Source: Tubulanus polymorphus
Taxonomy: Eukaryota > Animalia > Nemertea
DNA length: 64,000 bases
Direction of reading: 5' to 3'
Assembly (NCBI RefSeq): GCF_964204645.1
Contig: NC_134026.1
Location: 5,789,950-5,853,949, forward strand
A program made the translations under genes and the position numbers. Under the pieces are notes generated by a model, which was not told the DNA's origin, searched no databases, and worked only from the letters and a program-made list of their open reading frames with translations. Of this stretch, positions 1 to 13,300 are shown in pieces (the stretch's first letter is position 1; each line of letters begins with the position of its first letter).

Positions 1-2
1 GA

Positions 3-3000
3 TCAGTTCGGGCTGTTGAAAATATATCCGGCTGAATTTTCTGCACAGAACGGCAAAGTAGAATTATAAGTTGGTAGAGTTCCGTTCGTTGGTCTGAATA
101 TACACCTTTCTACTTTCATTGTAAATCGTAAATATATTCCGACGCCGAGTAACATCAGGAACAGAAGTGCAATTATTCCGCGGCTGAACAATAGATATTT
201 CTTCGAGTCTTCCGAACTTTGACATCCGGTGCAGCTTATCTTGCGACAAAACTTTTGTCGAAACCGCTCTCTTTCTAGCGCCTCTTGTTCCCTTCGGCTC
301 ACTGAAAAAGAGCATCATTCCTCTGGAAACTATATACCTGATATTTCGCCCACAAATCCTTTATAGATGAGACTCAGATTCGGCTCGGATTCGGTGGAAG
401 TTAAGAGATACTAAACATTATATGATAGATGATACAGTTAATCAAACGTGTTGGTAAGCTGTTATCACTGTGTATCCACGCTGACGTCACGATTCACGGC
501 TATTAACCCAGATATCAGCGGAGGATTCAGCTATGAACTAGACGCAATGGGTGCAGGGATTCCGGGTGTGGGATTTTGGGTGGAGGTATTTTGCGCGGTG
601 GCATTGTGGGCGTATCCCATATCGAGTCCTGTGATGTCTTCTTTTTCATTTCTTCATTGAAACAGGTTTCAAGCATATTATATGCTTAAACCCATTGGAT
701 AGGAGTTATTCTTGAATTCTAGATCTAATTTTTTAAATTAATGTGCCGATTGCTTTTAAATGAGTGATCGACACAGAACAGAAATGAATTACCATCTCTT
801 TTTAGATAATTTGTTGATAGAGCACTTTCATCGGTATCATCATCATCGCCATCATGATCAGCCTCATCGTTGGTATATGCATCGCTTATAGTGAGTGAAT
901 CGTCAAACGTTTGCGGTAGGCCTTGTCCGGTTCTTTTTTGTGCCTTTAGAAAATCGAAAATCGAAACGATTCGGAAAAGAATTCATTGACGTGAATAGAC
1001 TTGGACATCATGATCGAATGACTTATTGCAAAACTGGATCTACGAAAATGTTTGACACATATAACTCAAAAGTAAGAATAGTTTGTTTTCTTAAAAGTTA
1101 TGAGAGCTTCATTGTGGGTTTTATCTGACCTAAAATAATTTTCGACATCTACAACCATGATTGGAACAAAGCAACGTACCTCTAATGAAAGATTTTCCCA
1201 GTTCATTCTCCAGAAAATGAAACCATACGAAGCATTTACAACAACCAGACCGGCCACAATACCGAACCAAAAACCTATCGGATCAGAAAATTCTTTTAAT
1301 TATTTGTTTGTGGAATTTTAGATTTTAATAATAACAAGTTCAGGAGAAATTAAAAAATGAGATTGCAAGTCAAGTTCTATACGTGTACCTATTGTTTGTA
1401 GACTTGTTAGGAACATTAGGCTTATAGCTATTGGTTGCGCCACTAAAATATAACCAACGAACAATACAATCGCTCCAGTCAATTGTCTTCCGCTGCCACG
1501 AAGTATACCAGCCATCACACTCTACCAGAAAAAAACTTACAATATGAAATTTATATGAGGTTTATTAGTGACCCACTATTCCGTGCGGGACCAGTGAAAA
1601 CTGCGAGCCACGATTGATGATCTCCGCGATACACTCCGAAGATGTTGAAATCTGAACTCCGAATGAATATGAAATCGGATTTAGATAATCACGTTAATGG
1701 TTGTAACTTACGGACAAAGAGTCGAGTATTTCGTAACCAGCTAGAATTATTAGTATAACACTCGCTACGTCGACGACATCTCTGAAATTATATTAAGAGG
1801 TTTCAATGTTAATGCTAGGTTAAAACAATATGCACTTGCATTAAGAGCTAGTAGAAGCGACTGTTTGACTTTGTGAACTCAAGGATGCCTTTCAAATCTA
1901 AAAAAAATTATGGCATATTTCTCCATTCTTCAACAATAACTTACTGATCCTGTGTAAACACTAGTGGGATGATATTCCGCAGGGATGCAATTAATGTAGA
2001 TACAACGACTGCTGTACAAACTGCAAATTACACGGAAAATGGTCGTTGAATCATTGAAACTTTAACTACAGTTTACATTTTTTGGTTGAATTTGGTTTTC
2101 AACTTTTCTTAATTTCGCTTAGATCATCATTCCAAGATGATTGTTACTTAACACGATCTCTCAAATGACATTGTACATTCGAATAAATTGTTTAGCGGCA
2201 AAAATGAAGTATAGTCCGGATTAATACATACCAACCATGCACAGACACGTGATGGCAGCTCGCTTAGCCGACACACTGTCTCCTTTTCCAAGCAACTGAC
2301 CAACTCGAATATTGGCTGCGATTGAAAATCCTAGAGGAATCTGAAAATCATTGAAAAAAATTTCCAAATTGAAATCGTTCAAATTATATATAAACAAATG
2401 GCAGAGGATTTACAATCGGCCACGAACCATATATATAATCAGAGTCACTTGGAACGCGACAGTCTGGGCGTCGAGTTGAACCACTCCTAATAAACCTGTA
2501 GAATATACAGAAAATTAGACGATATTCCATAACCCCTTACTTTTATCCATAATTTCTATTAACCTGAACGTCGTACCTGATATAATCGTTGCAACTTCAA
2601 AACTTCCCCATTCAACGAATGTCATCACAAGTCCAGGAATTGATAGCGACATATACTGTCCCCAATCTTTCAAACTATCCAGCGACCAACCTATATTACA
2701 TAAGCTGTACCATAACAACATATTGAAAACAAGAAAGCTACCTTTAAAATCTATTGACGGCTTGAAGAAAAATAAATCGTATATTACCCAATATTATCGA
2801 CAATGAATGATATCGACGATCCATGAAGTTATTTTGAATTTGAATATATCGACAATTGAATTGAATTGACCGGCAACCAATCTATCCTAGCCCCAATATT
2901 GATGACGTAGTGCACATCTACTCGAAATTATTTGTAAGATATGAAAATCCGTTAATTCGAAAATAAAAGGCATGAAATAAATTTGCTTATAAAATGAATG

Positions 3001-5941
3001 CGCCAGAATTCACATTTGTAATTGTTACTTTGAAACGCAAATATTGATGACGTAGTCCACAACGACAGAATCCCTTAATGCATAGCGGTTATCGGTGTAT
3101 GTTATTGTTAGGTTTTTGCGGCGTCAGAAAATTTTTAAAAATCTCTTTTTCAAGGATCACCAACCTGACCAGTTCTCCTTGTATAAGCCAGAGATTCTGA
3201 TATACATTAGTGCGGTCAAATTCATTACCGCATACGCTGCTACCTGGGACAAAGCAGAACCCCTGAAATACAAAAAGTAGAATATGCACTCCGGAGTTTC
3301 AGATGAATAAAAAAGACGAGGGCCAAAAGTTTTTGCTGGAGTAAACAACAGCAAATCGTTCGTTGCGTTTTAAGAGAATTATTTTCTTGCGATAAATTCT
3401 GATACAGACTTCATGCATACTGTTCTATACTTACATTATTCCGTAACCACCGACAATGACTAGCAGGTAATGCGCAAGAGCGTTCACAGCAGTTCCAGCC
3501 ACACCAAACAATATACTTGGCAAAACTACGCTCTTAGCAAAGGAATTGTTACATGAAATTATTGAATACACTATTTTGAAAATGAACAGCTAATGATGGA
3601 TATGATAGTATCCATAACTATGCCACGCGTCTTACCTGGTTTGTGAGATATTTAGTAATGACTAGGTAAGTGAAATTCATCTAGAAAAAAAAGAAATTTA
3701 AGCTTTTAGGCATTCACGTTGTAGGTGCGTATTAACACGGAAAGAAGTCTTCGCTTACGATCAAACCAGGCATGAAATACAAGACGTAGTCACCGGCTAT
3801 ACTGAAATTAAAAAACAAAATAATTTCTCATATTATCATGAACGACATAACTTTCGGAGTCGAATGGATATTTTTCGATTCAATGATTTGCTTACATGGA
3901 AGTTTCTCGTTCTTGTCCGATCCAGACGAATAGTGTGGTGATATTAAGATGAATAACCAAACATGGTATTGCAGTCAGAAACATAATGAATAGGCCTAAC
4001 GCAAATAGAAATTTTGGTGATTATCGTTGTTGTTTGCAAAAGGTGTCTTGAGATTTTGCCACACATTAAAAGTACGACAAAACGTAGCTTTAATACCTCT
4101 TTGAATTAGAATTCCAATCATCATTTTTCTATTTGCTCCATACGTCTTGATAAGATTTGAAATGAAATACCAATTCATGACATTGAAAAAATGCGTGTGA
4201 CATGGCTTGCGGTTCACATAAGTTGACGAGAAAATCAGGCTGAGTAAAAGATGAATTATGTTAACTTAATTACGTAAACTAGGATATATCGTATTTTTAA
4301 AAAAAGATGTCTTCATCTTACGGGGAACCCGCTCCGCTGCTGTGACAATTGAGGATTCCACGATGGCAGGCGAGGATCCACCAGGTTTGCTAGTAGTTAA
4401 TTGGTCTTTCGATTTTCTCCACATTTCAATCAAAACTGAATGAACTTTTCTTGAATAGATTAATTATCAATAAGAACTATACCGATATAGGCATACAAAA
4501 ATTAATCAATTGTATATTTGGTAGGTCCTGCATATATGGATTCGGGAGCCTAAAAATTCAGTTTTAAGTTCACTGAAAATGAACTAGTTTTGACAAAGTT
4601 AGACTGAGTGCTTGGCACGCCATCTGGTGGGATAGTTGGTGTTGCGGGTTCCCACTGAAAGGAATACTTCTATTTCGCGATAGTGTTTTCTGAATTGTAA
4701 ATGTCTACCTGTGATACGAGTGTGTCTAGTGCTGATGCTACTCCCACGCCGATAATTGTACCAAATACGTTTATTACCTAAAATGAAGATGCCTTGAAAA
4801 ATAACACAAAATATATGGCTTAATATTGGTGACAATTAAATATATATGATCTTAATCTTATAACCGTATAAAGGATCAATATTTTGGATTTATCGATGCT
4901 TGAATTGAATTGACTGGCAACCAGTCCAGCTCCGATATATTGATGACGTAGTGCACATCCTCTCAAAAATAACCATTAAGATTTATCAAAATATTTAGAG
5001 AGTTGAAAAAGTTGTGAAATCATATAAAATTACTAAATAAATGCTAAATCAATAATCGTAATTGTTATCTTGAAACGCTAATATTGATGACGTAGTGCAC
5101 ATCGACTCACACAGAACCCCTTAAATAACGCATCAATGTATATTAACATTATTGTAACGGTTTTTATGGCGTAAAAAAACATAACTTACCGTTACAGCTA
5201 ATGCAGCACCTCCCAGTTGAATAGGGCCCAGAGTGCCACAAAATATCAACGCAATCGGATTTTGTAGAAAGTTGAATATCGTGGTCATAATCTATAACAA
5301 AAAATGTTTTGGTTGTAGAAGAATTACAACTGAATGGATCCGTTGGGTTATTTCAAGTTTTCCTTACCAAAGGCCAAACTAATTTCAACGACGATTTAGC
5401 CTCGTCTCTGAACCAACCAGGGATACAGAGAAACGAGCTAGTACTCGTAATCACTTCTACCCTTTCTGAAATCAAATACGGGACTTGGGTGAAAATGTCG
5501 GTTCCGATGATTATACCTACTGGTAATCGTGAGCGATGTCAACTGCTAGGTAAAAATCTGAGTTGCAAGAACATGATAAGATGATACAAGAATGAAAATG
5601 AGATATCGCAAAAGCAGAAATCATTAACTTTTTGATTATCTAAATTCTTCTTAGCTGATATATAAGATATTTTAACCCATATTCTGAACATCGTTTATTC
5701 TTTGCATGGTCTCACGGATCATTATTGAAAGTCAACGATCGACATGCAACAGAAGACGAACAGTATGTGAGGATCGGGGCAATATACCTTCCACGTCCGT
5801 AGAGCCATAATTTGAACTGGAGCGATATCCGTCCTTCCAGTATTCTTGACTTGTGGATGAAGACTCGAGTGACACAAAGCCATCGCTACTGTCGTGATTA
5901 GCACCTCCTATAAGGCTTCTACTCTCCTCTCTGTTAGCCAT
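3..5941 (-). CDS. SLC47A1: Multidrug and toxin extrusion (MATE) transporter, SLC47/MATE1-like; complete, 19 coding exons, ~656 aa
   Basis: Hand-spliced GT-AG exons with consistent phases: 5788-5941, 5368-5465, 5190-5291, 4709-4777, 4097-4145, 3896-3995, 3759-3801, 3636-3680, 3435-3532, 3165-3262, 2577-2690, 2428-2495, 2232-2340, 1945-2020, 1712-1781, 1389-1521, 1180-1274, 793-943, 3-301 (1971 nt, TGA at 3-5). MATE motifs: VINVFG..GVASALDTLVSQTYGA, MTFVEWGSFEVA, IPLGFSIAANIRVGQLLG, AGILRGSGRQLTGA, GFWFG, and a 13th TM (RGIIALLFLMLLGVGIYLRF). The symbol denotes family resemblance, not proven orthology. The exon-2 acceptor could alternatively lie ~50 nt further upstream. Confidence 0.93.
2828..3130 (+). 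repeat. Dispersed ~300 bp repeat family, copy 1 (MATE intron)
   Basis: Shares ttgaattgaattgaccggcaacc, two ATATTGATGACGTAG boxes and a ggtttt..ggcgt end with copies at 4880 and 51883. Confidence 0.85.
4880..5178 (+). repeat. Dispersed ~300 bp repeat family, copy 2 (MATE intron)
   Basis: ttgaattgaattgactggcaaccagtc; ATATTGATGACGTAGTGCAC twice; gtaacggtttttatggcgtaaaaa end. Confidence 0.85.
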
Positions 5942-7322
5942 TTCCCTACACCTATTGTCCAGATATTTACATAAGCGACTACTATATCGAGAAGTATAGA
6001 CGCTTTAGATTTCAAATTTGGACTGTTTGAGAATTTTTAAGAGATAAGTTACTTGATATATATACATTGATTGAAAAAAGGCTTAATATCGGTCGCGTAG
6101 CCGAAGAAATCAATGCACAAGAATATGAACCTATTTACAAAAATACATACCAACTTTATATGTTGTGAAATTCCACTACGAGATCCTTGTAGTAATTATC
6201 TATTCATGAGTCCTGGAACTATAGTGCATTACATACTACTGGTCTCACCAGACAGACGCGAACGAGTCACGCATGTCCAAACAGTTAATTCTTAATCTTA
6301 TAAAAGGCAAATGAACGAGTACATACTCCCCCAGTATAAACGGGTTTTTCATTTTTCTCAGTGAGCTAATCTGTTTATTTGCCCGAACGCTCTTTGATGG
6401 ACCGTTACGAATTGTATCTGATCTTTCAAAAAACTTGTCTATAAACTTTCAATCTAAATATCGAAACTATGGGAAATAAATGATGATATATCGAAAGCTG
6501 TAGACGTTATATAAATCAAACTAAGTCATATTTGTTGGTTGGAACAATACATAAACAATTTATTCTATACGAAGTTTACATTGGACAATTTCTATTTACA
6601 TAGGAATTTATTAATTGGTGTTACAAAATTTGGTGTCCATTCTTTAATATATTTTTCATCACAATATATTAACCATTCAGTTTAAGCACATCCACATTTT
6701 TTCATCTCGATTCAATTTTTTGCGCCGATGTATTCGGAATTTAAGCCCGCATAAAATAAAGGTGCAATCTTTGAAAAAATTAAAGCCACACAATCTGAAA
6801 GTTTATCCATCAAAATGACACCAGAGGGTAACGATCATTTCTAATTGAATGATACCTTGAAATTCATATAATCAAAATGAATGAATTTCGAAGCTTTAAA
6901 TAAGTTCCAACGTATGTCACGAATGTTACGAATGAATATATATCAATTTCGTTTCGTTTGGTTGAAAATCTTACGGCTAGCAATACTATCGACCCATGCG
7001 CCACCTTTTGAATTCGGATCAAATCACACCAATGAATACGGATAAAACGAAGAACAAATTCTGATGGAATATATTCTGGAGACATAGTTGTTGTCCCTAT
7101 TTCGCTCCTATCGGAACGGCCATTGAAACAGCTTTCATTTTGAATCGCGATTATTATATTCAAACTATATACGTTATATCACTTTAATTACACATCATAT
7201 CAACAAAGAACGTACATAAATCGTAATATTACACTTATATATGTACAGATACATACATAAATTCAGGTATTGAGTCCAGTTAGATTTCGCAGCAACAATT
7301 TACAACAACATTTACAAGACAT

Positions 7323-10300
7323 TCAAATTGTACGTTTGAAATAGATATCGTCTCTTCTCTTCTTATTCTTATTCACTTTCGACGCTTTCTTCGTAACGGT
7401 TTTGTCTTTTTTCTTACCAGCGGCCGGTCCGTACCCGCTCTGCTCCGAATTAGCATCGTCATCCTCGCCGTCCTCCTTCTCCGAATCATCCGTATCTGAA
7501 CGATGCCCGCTACCGTCGCCCGATGACGCGGCTTGTCCATCTTGAAGCATCAGTTCGGTTTCGTTAGTTTCGGTAATGTTCAACAGATACTTCTCCGATC
7601 TGTCTTCGGGAATAGCGTTGCTATGGCGCTGGTCTACGCGGCCCCACTCTCGTATGGTAGTCACCTGCGGTGGCGGTGTCGACCCCGCGTTCTCGCGAAA
7701 TGTTTCTTTGTTTTTTTTGCGTGATTTATGTTTGAATTTATTGTTAGAATCATGGTGATGTCGGTTTTTGTGTTTAACGCTTGTTTTTGACGGTGCCTCC
7801 ACGTCGTTTATCGATTTTTTCGGCCCCTTCGCCGGACCTTTCTTTTTCGAATCTTTTTCCGTTTCGTTACTTTCGTCTGCGGTACTCGATGATTTTGCAG
7901 CGTCGGTGGCTTTGATGATTTTTATTCGACCCTTCGAATCGAATTTCGTTTTACCGTTGTCCTCGTCGCTATCTGGCCCGCTGCCGGAGCCGCTTCCGGC
8001 AGGCTCGTCGTCTCCGCTGCCGCTAGCTGCGGAATCCTCGTCGTCGGTTGGAAAAGTTGGGGTGTCCTTTATTAGACCCGCCGGTGGCCAACCTTTCAGC
8101 TCTGTAAGATAATCAATCGTTCATGAATTTCAAGAATTTAAAAATGAAAAACCCATAGCCAACACCGAAAAAAAAACTGGTGGACTGGTTTTATAGAGTA
8201 GAGTCAACTTTAACCCGGGTTTAACTCAATTGAAAATGAATTGAGCCTGGGTTAGAGTTAATACCTGTTTATAAAACTGGGCCCTGGAACACTGTTGTAA
8301 GTATGTTTATTATACGTGCTTGCTTTTTTTTTGCAGAACGTAATCGATGTGCGATTGATTATGTGTATTTCGTTAAGAACAAAACACGAACGTACTTCGT
8401 TTTATTTTACTGAGCTATTTTCCCACTCGTATTAAGTGTTCTGTGCGAACAGTTATTGATACTTACTATCCAGTTTAAAGGTATATTTGAGACTTCCAGC
8501 CATAGTGCTTGCGCGACAAGTGTATTTACCAAGATCAAAGTTCTTAAAGCGCCTGATATATAACTCCGACTGGAACTGGTTGTAGCGACCTTTTTTCGTT
8601 TTTATTTCCTGCAGAGGAATAGAGAGAAATAGAATCGCGATTAATATCTCTAACCGTAAAACTTTCAGACTTCAAACGGCGGAGCTAAACTTTGCGATAT
8701 TATCAGTTAAGCGTCTTATTAAAACATCAGTAGGATTTACTTTTTACAAGCGTATATTGTCAGAATGGTGGAACGCTTAATTTTGAACGAACGCTTTTTG
8801 GGATTAATGTTTTACGTAACATCCATTCCTCCAAAAAAATCATATCAGAAATGCGTGCAGCATACAGACCCAAAGCGTACGAAGTTCTAAACATTAAAGT
8901 CTGAACATTAATTAAGAATTCTCAACTGACGTGAATGCGTTTTCATAATATGTCTCCCGATGCTTCGTTCAATTAAACGAAGTTATTTTCACCACGAGAG
9001 GTGTATTTACGTGACTATCACAAAGATACATCTGCCGAGCATAGATTATTTGCCATGGCAATACCACAGAGGATTATCTATGCCAGGTTCAATTTCATCG
9101 AACGGCTTAAAGCCGACGATTAAACGATTCTTCCAAAAATTAGATGTAAACATTGCACGATACATTCTTTGATGCAAAATGTATGGTGGCTCTGTCGAGG
9201 AACGGGGAAACTGACGAATGAAAGGTTGACCCGGTAAGGGATGTCACGAAACACAGGCACTCCCCGACTAAGAAGAGCTTATCGCCAACGAGTAAGTAAT
9301 TGAATTCTCCTTGGACTGTTACCTATGACGCGATTTTCCCCAGTTTGGGACCTCCACTGTTAAGTATTTCTGCCCCTTTTAACTTATCAAAAAATAATAT
9401 CGTTACGGGTTTTGGAATCCATGTAGATGTGGTACCGAACATAGAAGAAATGACTATGTTCGGCAAAATGACAAATAAAAATGCGTACCATCCCTCCGTG
9501 TTTCTTAGGGTCGATAGCGTGCCCGTTCTTAAACCAAATGATTCTGGCCGGGGATTTGGATTTTGTCAGACACATCAGTGTAAACGGTAGATCATAGTCG
9601 GGTGTGGGCCACCATGGACCTGTCTTTAGATAGCCGACGTTTATTCCGTTCTGGAAGACCTCGAGATATTTCGGAGAATCTGAAAATATTTTCAAAATCA
9701 TAAAAAAACGTTTTACAGAAGTATGCAACAAGTGAATTCTGGATATGTGGTAGCCATTTTGATTTCGATTTGTTAATTTTCTTCTCTTAATTTATCTATA
9801 GGTGTAAAAACCCTTTCATCTGACTGAAACTCTTCAGAAACTTATGCAAGCCCACCTCAATATTAAGCGCTTTAGAATTGGAAAGAATACCAATAAAATC
9901 ATTGGAATAATGAATAAAACGACTATCTAGGCCTATCAAAACTTAAAATCTCAATATTATCATCAGTATAATCATAAGTTCATTAAGATTAGTCTTTACA
10001 AATTTTTGGTATAATCTGAAGCTCTCACAGTCTGCTCAATTACCGGATATGACGACGTGAAACTCGATTTGCCGTCGTTTGGAGACAAAGTTATCCACGT
10101 GACACGTGTATTTTCCGCTGTCTTCTTGACGTAAACCCTCGAGATATATTCGATCTCCCTGAAAAAATACGGAGACCGAATTTCCAGATACACTCCTAAG
10201 CTTCCGGCAAGTTTGCAAGATAAAATTCAAACGGATACTTTACCCAAATGATATATTGCCCGTTCGGAAAGTACGATTGTCCTCTGGGTAGTTTTCTAGT

Positions 10301-13300
10301 CCAGTGAACTATCGGTTTTGGAAGTCCGGTTGCGTTACAGTAAATATTCAGATTGTCCTTTTCTTTCAGTACAATCCGTGTTTTATTGTGTATGATACTC
10401 AGCGAGGGAGCTGGAGAAAAAAAACCCGAAACGTAACATTCCAACGAAAATTCTTTTAACGATTTTAGATGAACATCAATGGGTTATCATGGATAATCTG
10501 TACGTTGGGATTCCAATATCACGCCGACGAGCAGCATAGCACAGGGCTCGCTATCAATCGTCGCTAAGCGCCGTTCTATTCTACGATCATCTCTTTCTGT
10601 CCAATGATTGCTGTGGGAAACAGTTATTGTGACATCGATAATACTTCGTTAATCAATCATGAGGTTTCGTTATCTTCTTTCATTGCGAATTTTTGCATTT
10701 GAAAGTGTCGTCGTCGAGCCTGCTATGTGTATTGAGTATTTGAACTAGAAAACCATTCTATACACGGGGCTACAAGGATGGGAAGGACTAGAAAATAATG
10801 AGACAACTTGTTACTTTCAGAAGTGGCTGTTAAAGGAAGAAATGGTCCTCTCGAATGGTACGGATTTTTTGCGGAGTTTTACCATACAACGTACGCCTAA
10901 TGACTTGAACCATAGCGTCAAGATACAAGTCATATATACTTACAAGATACTTTGAGATCGAAGTATTTATGTCTAATGGTGGCCAAACTGAGATGACATC
11001 GGTACCTGCCGCTGTCTCGAGGTCTTGCGTGTCTGATAACCAGTATGGATAATGCCCGGTGATGAGGTACGCGTATCACTTGATATCTTTTATCATCCGT
11101 CTTCAGTTTGTTACCTACTGCCAGGAGTTTACCACGACCATCGTCGAGAACTTTCACCCACTCCAACTGAAAACAGAGAAATGTTACAGGCGATTTAAAG
11201 AGATTGGAAATGTAACTTTTTTCTTCTGTGAACACTGGACCCAGTTCCACAGTTGTGAGTTAGAGTTAACTCTGAGTTAAAGTTAGTTCATTTTCGATGA
11301 TTTAACTCAGAGTTAAATCATAACTCGGAACTGTGGAACTGGACCATGGTGGCCAACTGTATGAAAAAGGTTTGAGGATACGAAGAGTGATAAAAAGCTT
11401 TTGAACCAAGTTCCAACCAAGTCAGAAAATTTGGCTAATTTAAAAAAAAACTAGAGTTCTTTAATCAAATTTGAAAATACCAAATTGATCATAGTGAATC
11501 AAATGACCATAGAATACATAAAGAGGCTTATAGCCTACATAAATTATTCGCCATCTTTGGTGTCGGTATCGTTAACTGACTGAATAAATCATCTCTTGGA
11601 ATTGTATTGACTATTATCATTGTGTTTGGCAAAGACAAGGTTATGTATAGTTAACATCATGTATTTTGTCGGTTCCAAGAAAAAAATGTTATTTGTCATG
11701 CACGATTCGGATATTATGTTCGTCTTGAGAATGATATTTATTCGGATACGAGGAAAAACGCCAGTTTATGAAATAGTTTACACGTATTGGCGGAATTCGC
11801 ACATATTTACTAAGACGCCGCCTGAGCGTTTCTTGTTTTATGAATTATTTATGTCCGTAATTGCGACTGCAGCTGGGGTATGGACGTCATTCCACCAGCT
11901 TTCAACGGTTTTGACGGGTTGCAATTTCGTAATGGAGTTACGTACTGTCCCCGGTGGACTTCACATATCCACCGACGTCTTGTGCAGGACGTGGTTTTAT
12001 CTAACAAACCCTACGATATGCGTGCAATTTGGGTATCAAATGCCAAGTAACGTATGAACAGTGGTGGAATAGATTACTTGTGATTATACTTAATGTGTTC
12101 CCTGGTGCATCACTTGGAGGCATAGCCCACAGCCAAGGTCTACACCTTGTGATTGGGATAAAACGAAGAGATTTTTCCAGTCATGGACATTCAATTCAAA
12201 TTTGTTCGTACATACAGCACTCCCAAGGAGCAACAAAGTTAAACGAAATAGAAGAAAAGAAAGAAAAAACATACATAAGGATACATACAATTCCGGGATA
12301 CAATTATAAGTTTCATAAAAGATACATGTATGTATTTTTGTTTCATGTATTTCTGTTTCAAGCTTAATCATCGACTATTTAACATATACCACACATATTC
12401 CATAAAAATCACATCATTGCCCCGGAAGAACTAAAGACCATATGGAGTACTCACCCAAACGCTATCATAGCCGTACATAAGCATGTACTGTCGAGGTAAG
12501 GCGTCAAAACTGCACGATAACACGGCAGTATCACCGGTTGTAACGGTCTGGACTGTCGTTGCGAAGTCGACACCTTGCATATCCTTCTGCAGATAAAACG
12601 CTTTGTCTGAAAAATACACGGGAAGTATGGTTAAATGTAAAGTTTGGTAAATCCTTTTTATTTCATACGTTTGTTTTGTTGCTTCTAGCTTGCTAAAATG
12701 ATTTTAAAAAAATCATACACTATATATGAAAAGCTTCGTAACTATTCACATGTAAATCGAATCTTCTAAAGCTTCCACTTCGTGAAATGCCACTGGGAAA
12801 ATTTAAAAAATGTGTATAACATACTCTACACAAAAATTGAATAAAACATTCCACGTGTAAATTGTGTCTTCAGTGTTGTAAATTCGGCTTTGTAATATGA
12901 CACGTAAAATCAAAGGAAAATATTCATCGCAATTTTAGACCATCTTTAAGATGTTTTTTTAGTTTAGTTTATTCCGTCTTGTATATAAGCATTTTGTTTA
13001 TATACTGGTCGTGGCTTTACAAGCTGTTATTTGAGAAAAAACGTGTTGTGCGCGCGTTATTTTCGATTCGTTTCAACCTTGCGATACGTTTGGTAAAATT
13101 TTTCCGACTGCCTATCCCCGCAGGTAAAAAAAACGTGATACATTACATCTATACATGTTTTTGTTGCCATTTATGAGACAAAAAAAATCCTCACACCGGA
13201 ACCGATTCATTCATAAAGGTGAGGTTCTTAATAATGGCTAAATAAACCGATTACTTTAAAAGGTTTCCCTCGAGATGCTGCTCCAAGCCAAAACTGACAA

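Noticed and set aside
448-660. GC-richer patch with a plus-strand 70 aa ORF in the last MATE intron
   Set aside because: No splice-compatible open minus-strand frame spans it, the flanking MATE exons join in phase without it, and the ORF has no recognisable motif.
6088-6110. ggtcgcgtagccgaag resembling a tRNA 5' end/A-box
   Set aside because: No B-box, anticodon arm or acceptor-stem partner follows.
7533-8112. Plus-strand ORFs of 60-114 aa
   Set aside because: Antisense shadows of the Ig gene's low-complexity last exon.
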